A stretch of DNA of 64,000 bases, taken from contig NMRA01000634.1 of the NCBI GenBank assembly GCA_002633005.1, positions 124,001 to 188,000 of the forward strand. Direction: 5' to 3'. Source of the stretch: Phoronis australis (taxonomy: Eukaryota > Animalia > Phoronida). Numbering within the stretch: the stretch's first letter is position 1; each line of letters starts with the position of its first letter. The position numbers were made by a program, and so were the translations under genes. The notes beneath the pieces are model-generated. The model did not search any database and had not been told where the DNA came from. It was given only the letters and a program-made list of their open reading frames with translations. Positions 28,301 through 40,300 of the stretch are shown here, piece by piece.

Positions 28301-31300
28301 ATTTGCACCCGGGAATTCAACGATAATAAGGCTTAGCGTGACGAAGTAACAATTCCATCTTTTTACCAGCGGTTTACATGCAGACAGCGACGCATGCGCA
28401 ATTCAATCACTTTTACTACAGAAGTGACACCACGAAGAGAATTCGTCGAATAGCCCCATTAAATGTGATAAAAATGTTCAAGAACAAATATTGCAGTTTT
28501 CTAAATTGTAGAACACTTCACAAACAAATCTTCTCAGAGTTTTGGCGAACAGTTTATCAATCACATATCTGAAAGATTCATTTGAGTCCTATCATAGGTT
28601 ATAGACAACAGACATGTACTATAGTCTATGTTCCTATCAGCCATCTTTGTTCCAGAGTTGGCCAAATTTGGGTATTTTTTTAGGATTTCACATAATGCTT
28701 ACGGCTATCGATGACTTTCATTTCTTATAGTGAATATTCTCTGCTAAATTTATCCCATTTCTTTGTAGAATCCAATTTGGTTCCGTTTTAAGATCCCAAA
28801 CAAAAGGCTGCAAACCTGTCACCAAATAACTCGCGAACAGTTGCGTCTGTTCGTGTTCGCGCCGACAAACGCAGCATGCGCGTTTATCCTGACCCGAATG
28901 TGATGCCACATCATGTGACGTGAAGTCTAACCTTTGATCAAAAGATCTACGGGCACCTCTTGTGGATAACACCACGTAGTCACGTAATGTTTGCGCGGTC
29001 ATCAAGACACTAACTGTTCACGTTTTACAAGTTGTCTACTTTGAATTTATGCCACCTTGGGAATGGTAAACCGAATATTGTCGGGGTTTGATATCTGGAC
29101 CTATAGAGCTATTGTATGATTTGTGGCTATTAAAACGAAGTAGAAAACATAAAGTAAATAGATTAAAGTAGATGATAACTTTTAAATCTTTTAACTGATA
29201 CCAGTCTTTGGCTACAGCAATAGAAAGACTTTAAAAACACCAGAATAAGCATAGAAATTCACGATGAAGCAAGACGTTTCGCTTTATTGCGGTCAAAGCA
29301 TCTTGCAGCTATGATAACATGTTGTTTGTATCGCTCAAATGCGCACTGTGGGATAACGTACTGCACACCTTCTTGAACACTTGCAGCCGATTTCATAAAG
29401 TTGGTTTAAAGTTAAACTAAGTTTAAACTGGACTTAGACCAGGTTTAATGATAATCTGCATTTCATAAAAGTGGTTTAACTTTTAGACCAGTGGTCTTGT
29501 AAAACCTGGTTTAACTCCAGTTTAGACCTGGTCTAAGTCAGTTTTCATTTCACCAACGAAGTCTATATTCTTTAGACCTGTATTAAAATCTTAAACCATG
29601 TTTAACCTTAGACTTGGTCAGACCCAGGTTTAACTGTTAAATATGTCAGACTTGCATGGTATAGGTACAACTGAACGATGCCGCGGTGTGCAATTGCGAC
29701 GCAGTTTTAGAGTGAAAATGGACTATTTTCATTATTCAGGTTTAATACGACACGAGAACAAACGTAGCAGGGGCGGATCCAGGATTTTTTAAAGGAGAGG
29801 GGACGGTCAAGGACTTTTTGAAAGGGGGGACCAAGTCAACAATTTGAAAATTATAGATTTGATATCATTAAAATCAAGGGAAAAGGGGGGGCTCCGGACC
29901 CCTTGACCCTCCTGGATCCGCCTATGCGTAGACCAGTACGTGCTGGAGTGTGACTTGCGGAATCCTCAGAATACGACTGGTCGAGCAGGTCTCATCGTCG
30001 CAAGCCCTACGGATTTGACTTACGACAGCATTTCTCTGATTCTTTGGACTGAGTTCCACCTCCACTGTTCTCCGATTCAATGTTGCCGGGAAGGGGTCTT
30101 GCCAACCCTTTGGCCGCGAAAAATAAAAACTAAAATGACACGGAAATAAATTTGGGCATTTATCATGTTACATCTAAAGGTGAGCATGTTCTTATATAAA
30201 GTGGGTGTGTTGGGCACACAAATTACATTTTTCCTCATGAGAAAAGCTTTTAGACCTTTGTCGTATATGTCTGCACTGATTCTACTGGTGTATGCCATTC
30301 TACCCACGTGATCAAGGTTTCATTGAAGCACTTCAATAGTTTCTTTGTTGGGTTTACCCAGCTCGACACAGTGGGGTGCATTTGATACTTTCAACCTGGT
30401 TCTACTGACCCAGCTCCCTGGTCTAGCAAAACCAGGCTTTCAGACTCTTAAACCATGTTGGTGAAATGTAAGTTAGGCCTGAAATTAGACCAGGTTTAGG
30501 AAGACCAGGTTTAAGTCTTAAACCTGGTTTTGTTAAACCGCCTTTATGAAATCGGCTGTTGATGTTTAATCTGTACTCATTTGATGATGCTGAAACAGAG
30601 AAACGACGTGTGTGGTTTACCATGAATTTCTATGTTATCCCAGTAATTTTTAGTTTTTTAACATGCATAAATCATACTGAAAGACACATTTCTTTGTTCT
30701 CACCGGTTTAAGACGCGACAAATTTCATTAACCGAAATTGGAAACCTTTTGTAAATTACAGTCATGTACACTGTATGTATTTTGCCTTTTTTACCATCAC
30801 TCTTCAGAGTTATTATTCATCGAATTCAAAAGTTAAATACAAAAATACTTTTTTGAATTCGATTAACCTTAAAAGTTCGTGTTCTGTTAAAAAAGTGTCA
30901 TATCAAAATGCGTTGAACTTAAATCTGAGTGCATTGAAAAACGTGTAATTAAGCTTTAAACAAAAATGAAGATGAAAGTATTTTCAAGAAAAACATTTAA
31001 AATTCCTATAACTAAGTTTTCCCTAATTTGTGGTACTTCTAGTTTATTTGCCCCAGAGTGAGCTGTGTATGTCGGCTTCGGAATCTTTTCTACTATAAAT
31101 TTCTATATGAACTAATAAAATGGCGCTCATTTAGTCGACTTTCGCCAACTTTCATAAAGTTATTCTCGTGGTAAACTCTAAGCTAAGTTAAACTTCGACA
31201 AAGAAATGTTGTTGACAGTTAAGTAAGGTTCCTTCGTCTCAATATTTTCTTCGCAAAACCTGCAACTTCCCGTCAACTTTGACTTACATATTGTCTATTG

Positions 31301-34300
31301 CAAAAAATGTTTTGCACCAAGAAAATTAACCGCAGACAGATTGTTAAACGGGGAGAGATTATATCAACTTAATATTGCTTCACCTTCTTAATACTTTAGA
31401 ACAAATTCGTATTTTTTGCAGAATTGAACACTTGTACTCTGTTAGACCCGTTGGCTGGTTTCGCTTGGAAAGATGTATCGTGTAACAAGTCCGACGTGGG
31501 ATTTGTATGTAAAAAAGGTGAGGAAATTTGCTGATAATAATCAATACAGCCAAGAAATACTGGCAAGCACATTATGCCGGTTTTTCTTGAATCTATTTTA
31601 AACATGCAATCCGTTGTCAAAGACGCGAACTTTTGATTTAGACCATATACTGCTATAAAACTGGCCTGAATTTCTGCCTTGTATTTGAGAATGAATTTCT
31701 GGTCTTCTCAAAATATGACTCGTCACTTTTCTTTTGAGACCTTGCTGGGCACATAGAATAATATAAGCCAACATGTATTGCCTGGCATCAAACAGTACCG
31801 AAATCAGAGTTTAATAGAAGCCTTGAATCACCTCTCATTTATTCAAGAAACAATTTGAGAACACATTCATACAGGTAAGAGGTCTAAATCAACTTTTACG
31901 GAAGGCAGATTGATATCCCCCTTTAATTCTTACGTAACTTTGGAGAATAAAAGGCTTCAAACCCACATTTAGAACCAGAACCATGACCGTTTGTAAACAA
32001 TCCTTTAAAATCCACACCAGAAGGTCCACTTTTAAATGATGTGTACGTGTACCCCTTGACCAAATGAGGGCATGCTAATTACATTGTAGGTCCACAACTA
32101 ATTTTGCAAGGTCAGGTTTACTCTCGAATCTAGAGTCGGATGTCGATCTCTGACATCTCTGGTTCTCTATTGGTCAATAAAGGATGAGTTCAGCCGCTGT
32201 AGATAAAAACACAATTTTTTTCAACCTTAACTGCCGTAACTTGAATAACAATCACGATGATAAACGCGGATTGTGATCACCGTGCCATCTGCTCACGAAA
32301 CGTAAGCAGACCACTTTCTTGTGGTTTACAGTACAACACTGTGCTTCTATTTTTGTATCTCAGAAAGGTTAGCTGTGCAATCAAAAGCACTGAGCAGCAG
32401 TTGATAGAATATTTGTCTCAGAAGAACAACACCAAATAAGAGAAATAAGAGACAATTTGAAATGGTGAAATACGCAAACAAACCAAGCGTAGTGCGAGAA
32501 AAAATCTGATCAAATGACCTCGTTTTCGAAATGTAAGCAAGACTCAAGAGCTAGTGATTGAGGCTGTTTTCTTCCCTGTCTAGCTTTCTTTACGTACTTG
32601 AATACCACGCTCTTGTGCATTTACTGCGCATGCGCAACTCAAATTCTTGGACTCCTCTATGATGAAAGTATTACTTATGTTCTCACCTTGCGGAGTTTCC
32701 CGTTGATGACCTTGAACGTGTCAACCATCATCTTTAATAACCATTATTGCATATGGTGCTATTTCCAGCTCGCCAGACCTACTCCCCTTTGGACTGCACT
32801 TCTGTTAGTGGAAATAACCAGACTGCGACATGTCCCAAAGGTAACGTACACCTCAAATGATAACTAGTTCGTCATAATGACATTTTCGATCATCTAGTTA
32901 TCTTTTCCTTTTATTGAGGATCGGCAAGAGGTTTGAAGACATTGTGTGTAAAAAATTGAATTGTTTTTACTGCCAATATAGGACCATGCCTCTGTCGCTT
33001 AACTCGACAAATGTTCGTTTTGTTCCCAATGGACGAATTTTTACGTTACATGTTTGCTAAAATAGACCTTCGTGCCACTGAGCAATCAGAAAATTTTGCA
33101 TACATCTATAACATGCGTCATACATTGAAAATTCGTGCTGTTATTTGTTAAAAAAACTTGATTGTACACACTGCCCCGTGCGCCTCATACAATACAAGTT
33201 GATGCAAATTCTTAATGATTAGAGTCATACCGCGAATCCAACACTATGATATCGGTTTTACATCTTACGACTCCTAAGACACTCGATTCTTTTGCGATGT
33301 AGGATCGGAGGTAGCAGAGACGTTAAAAAGATGGAGTAACTGAACATCTTCTGGCGTGTCAAAACAATGAGGGGAAGATCGTGCACAAATCGTCCGCGTA
33401 CCTACCACGTAAACCAATTTCTGAACATTTTCCGACAATCGCCGGCCGATCTTTTAAGTACCGGGCGACATTGTTTAAAATCAATGTCGCCCGGTACTCT
33501 GCTGGCGTCCAGCGATTGAGAAATCGTCCGAGCATCGGAATACTTTCAATTCTTCTCTGTTGCACCGATTAGTTATTTTTGACTCTGATGCCCACCACAC
33601 GCTCCTAGTCACCCAACTTTCGGCCAATACGTCCATTTTCACTCAGGCAGTCATCAGAGCTTGGTTGGAAGCTTTATGTAACTAGGTCTATGTCATAGGT
33701 TCACCGCTGCTCAACTGATCCGATAAAAATCTCCCCATAGACACTGGGAAAGATCGGTGATAGTCCCCTTCGGCATAAGTCTTTTAATTCGCACTTACGC
33801 GTCTCTCACAATAGGGCGCTGACGTCAAATATCACCAATTGCTGATTCGATGAAAAATCACCCAATCGTGCTAAGCATCGGGAATAACGATATAGAACCC
33901 AATCAGCAGTACGAACCGAGCATCGCCCGGTATGCGACCAAGGCATCGTAATTCACGCAATAACAACTAGACCTCTCGTGATTCATTTCTTATTGATAAG
34001 GCCTCTTCCTAAATTTCAGACTTCCCACAGGGCGTCGCCTGTCGATGTTCGTGTGCTAATGGCCGATGGAAACATTATCGACGCATATGCGACTGCTCTC
34101 TCTGCAGCTCAAACGCCGTTAGTGTGGCGCGCTGTTGCAAGCCACACTCAGGCTATTCACCCGGCCCCGACTACAGAGCCTCTGTTGAGTGCGTAGAAAA
34201 TCGACAAACACCCCTAATTGCGGGACCCAGTGCAACTTGCCCATCAAGTAGGTAGACTTGCCTTTCCAGAAACTTGAACACATAGTCCATTGTGGAAATA

Positions 34301-37300
34301 CAAACCTCTGAAGGAAGTGGCGTATGAATATTGTAGACTTTTTACAAGTTTGCTTCTGTATGAGTATGCTTCTTCCAAACTGTACAAAGTACATCCATTA
34401 ATTTTATACATTGTGCGGTCTGTAGTATCCATAACCTATAATATTTAGTTCAAACTGCTGTTGCGGTGTGCCAGTCACGAATCACGTGAGATTCCTCTCT
34501 CGTTAATGTCAGATGTTATTCCTGCAAAATGGCCTCTTTGAATCGCTTATCTTCTGTCACAGCACACCCTTGGTGTATGGATTGCTTGCTTTAGCTTACC
34601 AAATTTGCATAATGTTGTGTGTGTTGCGTAGACGCGGAAACCTCGCGACAACGCAAGATCAAGCGAGACTGTGAGATATCGACATGTTAACGAAGTTCGT
34701 GTTCACAAAAACTTCTGTCGCGAGATTCTTCTGTTTACGGAACTCAATCCTGGTTACATGCGCTGGAAACGTTTGGTGTTTTGTCTTTTGCCTAGGTTTT
34801 AATAATTCAACGATGTATCATCTTTACGAAATGCCCTTTAATCAAAATTTATCAGTATCAGACGCAATTAAGTTCTCCCGCGCAAAGACCTTTTTTCCTC
34901 CTCCGTCACGATGATGGCTTTTCTAAGAGTTTTGTTTGAAAGAGGTCAAACGCTGTACCTGTGACCTTTAAGTGCATTTGCTACACTTCCAGTTTTCTAA
35001 AATTGGACTACTAAACGTCCAGTTGTCCCTCTGTGCTAGATTGTTTCTGTCATAGTCTCACCGGACACTGATTTTGTGTCAGGAGCACCTATTATACAGA
35101 AAAGTATACCTGTATGATTTTTATGCATTGCATAGGCGGGTTTAAGAGGGGGCCCAGGGCCACGCCAGCTTACGGTCACGACCTTCTATAAAATAAAAGC
35201 ACCCATCTTGGGAACAAGAGTACATTACGTCTTCGAAAATTCTGAGAGGGTCCCCCTTTTTAGAGATCCTATATCCAAGAGTGCACTGCTGCTTATTGTA
35301 CTGTACAGGTTCACTCATATCGGTACCTTAAGAGTCTCCCACGTCTGCTGTCCACACCATCTTAAGGTATAGGAAAAATTGCAAAACAACAGTATACAAT
35401 ATGAAATATATAATAAGGCGCTTTTCGGACCAGTCTGTAATCCAGTCATTTGGTTCATGGCATGCTTGATTCCGTAATTAATTTGACCAAATATGTACTC
35501 TCGGACTCGGTTAAACAATCCAACCAGTTTACATGTACACTCCCTTAAAAGGTTTTGTTATTTTAAACAAATGAAGATGTGTTTGGCATCCCACCATCTA
35601 CCCCATGTTACTTAGAGGAAACATTCATATATGCTTAAGAATAAGGCATTGGCCATGACTATTTGGTAAACCTTTAGCGCTGAGGTAAATGAATGTCGTT
35701 TTTCAGATTTCCCAACAGCTACCGACTGCTCGTGTGGTGATTGCAGTACAGACTTTGAAATCATCAATGACAACACGTGCAAATGTTCTTCTGCCACGAC
35801 TAACTGGGCCGCAGCACAGTGCTGTAGGATCGTGTACATGCCGAGATCAACAGGTTGTTTTAATTGCTAGCTCAAGGTGGCATACCGCGAGGTGTCCCAC
35901 GACAAAATTAAAAAATCAGTCTGGACAGCACAAAGTGTCAGTAGAGTTTCTCAGTGGTAGCGGATTTTTTTTATCAATGTCCCATGCTCCCGAGAGTCAT
36001 GGTAAATTAAAAATATCAACTCGTCTATTAAAAAACTGGAAATTGTGTGCGGAATCGCTGCGGAATTCAAACGATAATGTGTTCGTGAGGCTACTCGTCA
36101 GTTTGACTTGCCATCATAACTAACTGAAAAACACCAAAAAGGTCTCTGCGCTTTGTTCTGGTCCGTCCTGACAAAGGTGAAGTGGACAACTCTGAAGGAC
36201 GTGAGTCTTTCCGAATGATTGGGGAGTAACATCATCTTCCAAAATATCAAGTTCATGTAATCATTACCTTTTCTGTTAACAATTTTCTAAATTAAGATCT
36301 AGAGCTCCACACAATTCAGACAGTCCCGTGCCATGAATTTCCGCCAAACAGCCCCTCCCCATAATGGGCACCGATGGAGAGATTTCCAAATATTGCCCTA
36401 TGGGCGTACTTTCGGACCCACGGTTTGTAGGGTTTTCTGAATTGTGGCAACGAGTGTAAACAAAGAAAAGGCTTTGTGAGAAACAGCACAAAATTCGGCT
36501 TACCTACAAAATAAATGTAACTTCCGTGTAGATATCCGAAAATGCGTCATGGCTTACAGTTGGCAGTTAAACACACGCCTTAAGTCATTTGTGAAGGCGC
36601 GCGGTGTGTCACTATAAATTTCTTCACCTTAGATAATGTTGCGGAGCAGTACACTCCTTAGCTTACTGAACAGTAAGTGTGCGCCCACTATAAACGTACT
36701 AGCTTTAGCATGTATGCACAGTCTAGGCATTCAGGTTGAACATACACCGCGAATCTTCATCGTGCATAACGCCTGATTCTTAAAATTAGATTTAATGCCA
36801 CTCTGCGTTTTAAGTAAGTCGTGAATATACAATTTTTTCGCAGACCTGCTCATTTTAGTAAAGCAGTGGGACAAAATTGAATTGTATTGAATTGTAGTGT
36901 CTGTTGTTCAGATTTTCTTGTCACGTACTTCACCAAGTTCAGTTCTTGTCAATGGCGTAGTGGTGACTTTCAAACCAGTGTAAACTCACGCCGTATTTGC
37001 TTACAGAAAAGAAAACAGCTTCTACTATAATGACTTCGATCATTGTTTTAATGAAATTACAGGTGCGTATCTTGTAGAAAGATACTTGTCAATAGACGGC
37101 ATCGTAATCGACGGACAAGACGATTGGACACCTTTGGGTGTGACGTCAAAGGAGAAGTGTTTGCAAGCTTGTGAAAATCAGGTGATTAAATACCATGACG
37201 ACAAAAATATTCTTTAAATGCTCTCAAGCAAATTAGTTCTAAAACTGCTTGGCGGATTTATTTCATGATGCTAGGACCCAACCTAATTTTGAATCCTAGG

Positions 37301-40300
37301 TTACAATAAAATTTAACAAAAGTAGTGCAAAAAGGGGCCGTTTCACAACCTGCTGTCCTTGTCTTTCGACCAGTTTGCTTCGTTTTAATTACTATTATTC
37401 TCAGAAACCATCACAGCTAACGCTAAAAATTAACTTGAGGGAGTTAATAAATGACGTGAAGTTTACGTTCATAAGATCAGAAAAAAGAACACCTTGTAGC
37501 AGTCTAGTTGTTAAACATTATTTAATAATTTTAGGCCGGGTGTAATTCTGTTGAGTTCAAGTCGTCTGATAGTGCGTGTCGACTGAGTGGATCCGCAATA
37601 AAACACGTCGGCCTTTCAGGGTTGCTGCAACAACAGTCGGGATATACGTACTACGAGAGGCTAGACGGGGAAGGTAAGGATGTGCAAACCATGGTAGGGT
37701 AACATGATCTTAATCCAACCATTTTCTCATTGCTGTCATTTTATTCTATTGCACTATAAGTAAATTCCGACAAACGCAGCCAGGTAACACGCATCGTACA
37801 ATGTAGTTTTAATGCAATTATTTAGTTGCAGTGTCTTGGGTCGACCACAAGGCCACGTTTCTACAAGTCACAGGAACTGTCACCTACATGCGTTCTACGT
37901 GTTTTAATATTTTAACAATTTACGCATATATGCCATTAAACGAAATTCAATATTTGAAAACGGTTATGAAATTGATTTGGTTTCTCTGTGATTTTGTTTA
38001 CCGAGACGTATAATCACCTGATCGTGACACTTGACTGTCAGCGTCAGGCACATTTCTTTGGTCTCCCTTCGTAAAATGTTGAGCTACATTGTAAGTGCTC
38101 CTAACGCATCGCATAATCATCTTTACACTTTCTTTAGCAACCAGTGCTTGTGGGACACAAATGGCGGAATATCGTTATCGAATGAAATAACACTACACGC
38201 TGTGACAAGTAAACTCGTAGGACTTGGGTGTCCAACAATAACGAACAGTCAGTTCTTTTGAGGTCTTCAAATCTCACAGTTTCGTCAAGGGACAGTTTGA
38301 GAACAATTACAAAATAGCAAATGATTTAAATCTGGAGTTTTTTTATGATGGAAGGCGGGTTTGTTATCGCTTCAAGACAAAGAGAACCTTACATTGAGCT
38401 AAACACCAATGGTCGAGTTCAAAATGTAGTCCAAGATCTAATTTTGTTTCTAGAAATATTCACTGCAATAGGACAAAACCTGATTTGGTGGTCTTCGAAT
38501 CATATCACCGGATCAGAAGAGACAATAATTAATAAAGAATTTTAGTAACCACCACCGTGTGGGTGAGCGACCATTTGTTGCTTTTTAACAAAAATGTGGA
38601 AAAGTCTGTCTGAAACCATGGAAAATTTTTATCTTAAGGAAGGAAACGGTGACTCGTTTAGGACACTGAAAAATGGCTGTTCCGCCTGGTCAAATTAATG
38701 TTCTGCCCAGACAGATTAGCGTTCCACCCGGGCAGATTACTAGTCATAGTGGAATAGTAATCAGCCCAGACGGAATACTAATCTGACTGGGCGGAATACC
38801 AATTTATTTTCTCAATGTCTTCACTGAGTCACCGCTTCAAAAACTCATTTTTGAGAATTGCCTTTGCAAAGGTCAGGTCTCGTCAACCTCTATTCGGCAG
38901 TTTGTATTATATCCACTCGGGTACCTTAAATTTTGTTTGTTATTCCTTCTCTCAAGGACCAGATTAATGCATAAAAAGTTTTGCAATGTAAGCAATTTCA
39001 AACTAATTATGATAAAGTAAAATCGCAATAAAACACAAGATCGAGACCGAGTTTGTGGACTGCAATTTTTTTTTTGTAGGAGATATCAAAAATTACTTCC
39101 ACAAGTTTGACGGTGTTTACCTATCTGGTGTAAATGCTACTGATACCATAAGTGACTCCAAGATGACTTTGACTTCATGTATGACTATTTGCTTGGAGGA
39201 CAGATCGTGCAAATCGACAGATTTCGATTTGTCAACTAAAACGTGCTACTTGCGAGATGGAAACAGCTTTGATGGAACTCTGACCGTGTCCAGATTTTAC
39301 TACCACTTTGATCTGATCACAAGCACCCCAGGTGAGACCTGTTGATTTTTAGGAGACAGCGCAGAGCGTGAAGTTGCCTGTGTATAAGTTGAGAGTAACT
39401 GCTATCTTATCAAAAGTACGAGGGCCTGTCGTAAATAAAGGGTAGTGGCACGTTACTGCGAATGTAAGAAAAGCGAATTCCGATGCCAACGATGTAGAAT
39501 TGACTCTCATATTCATATCAAACACCCTTGGTCTCGTCTTATTGAAGGTCTTAAGTCCGGTCGTAACCCGTAGCGTAGACGGTCGTGGCAAGGAGTGTAG
39601 TATATATATATAGGAGAGTTCTCATGCGAGTTCGCTGTTATCGCTACTATTAGCGCCGCCAAGTGGTGAATAAGCAACGGTCAAGTAGGTACCTTAAGAA
39701 CACTGGGGAAGGGCGCATTTTGCAGTGCGATAAATTATTGCAGTGGTTCATCCACGAAAATTCCTGAGGTGTCATTTTGTACGTTTCCTAAGTATCCAGA
39801 AAATAAGGATTATTTGTTATTTCATGATATGATACATTGTAGGAAGACAAGTCGATCGCAGTCTCTGTGCAGGCCGCAGTCGTCTGCAATGTAGGCTACT
39901 GCACAGGCTACGCTCTGCCTTCTGCAGATATTTTGTTATCAGTTACATGTATGGGAACATCAGAATGGAATACAGTGTTGTGATGCGCCTACTGCATAAA
40001 CAATTGTCTACATGGGTAGCAGCCTGGCGTATTCAATAGGGACCACATTCAAAAATGTCGGCTGGACATGAAACGAGCAGTGAGCTGGGGGAACTTTGTA
40101 ATGAAAATTTGGAAAACACCCAGGATGGTACTGGAGCATGATTTCCACTAGTCATTATAAGCAAAAGTCCTTGGGGGTCATGTACAAAACGAGGTGGCCG
40201 AATCTTATCACAACTTCACGCATGGTGTCAATGGACAGGGGAACAACCAACATTTGTCACGATGGGAGGGGTGCAACACTCATGTGACATACCCCAATTG

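Noticed and set aside
29400-29640. Repeated agaccaggtttaa units (and the aaaatgtaac arrays at 47700, 53000 and 58350) as a CRISPR-like array
   Set aside because: Irregular, both orientations, no unique spacers; they are subterminal repeats of DNA transposons in a eukaryotic genome.
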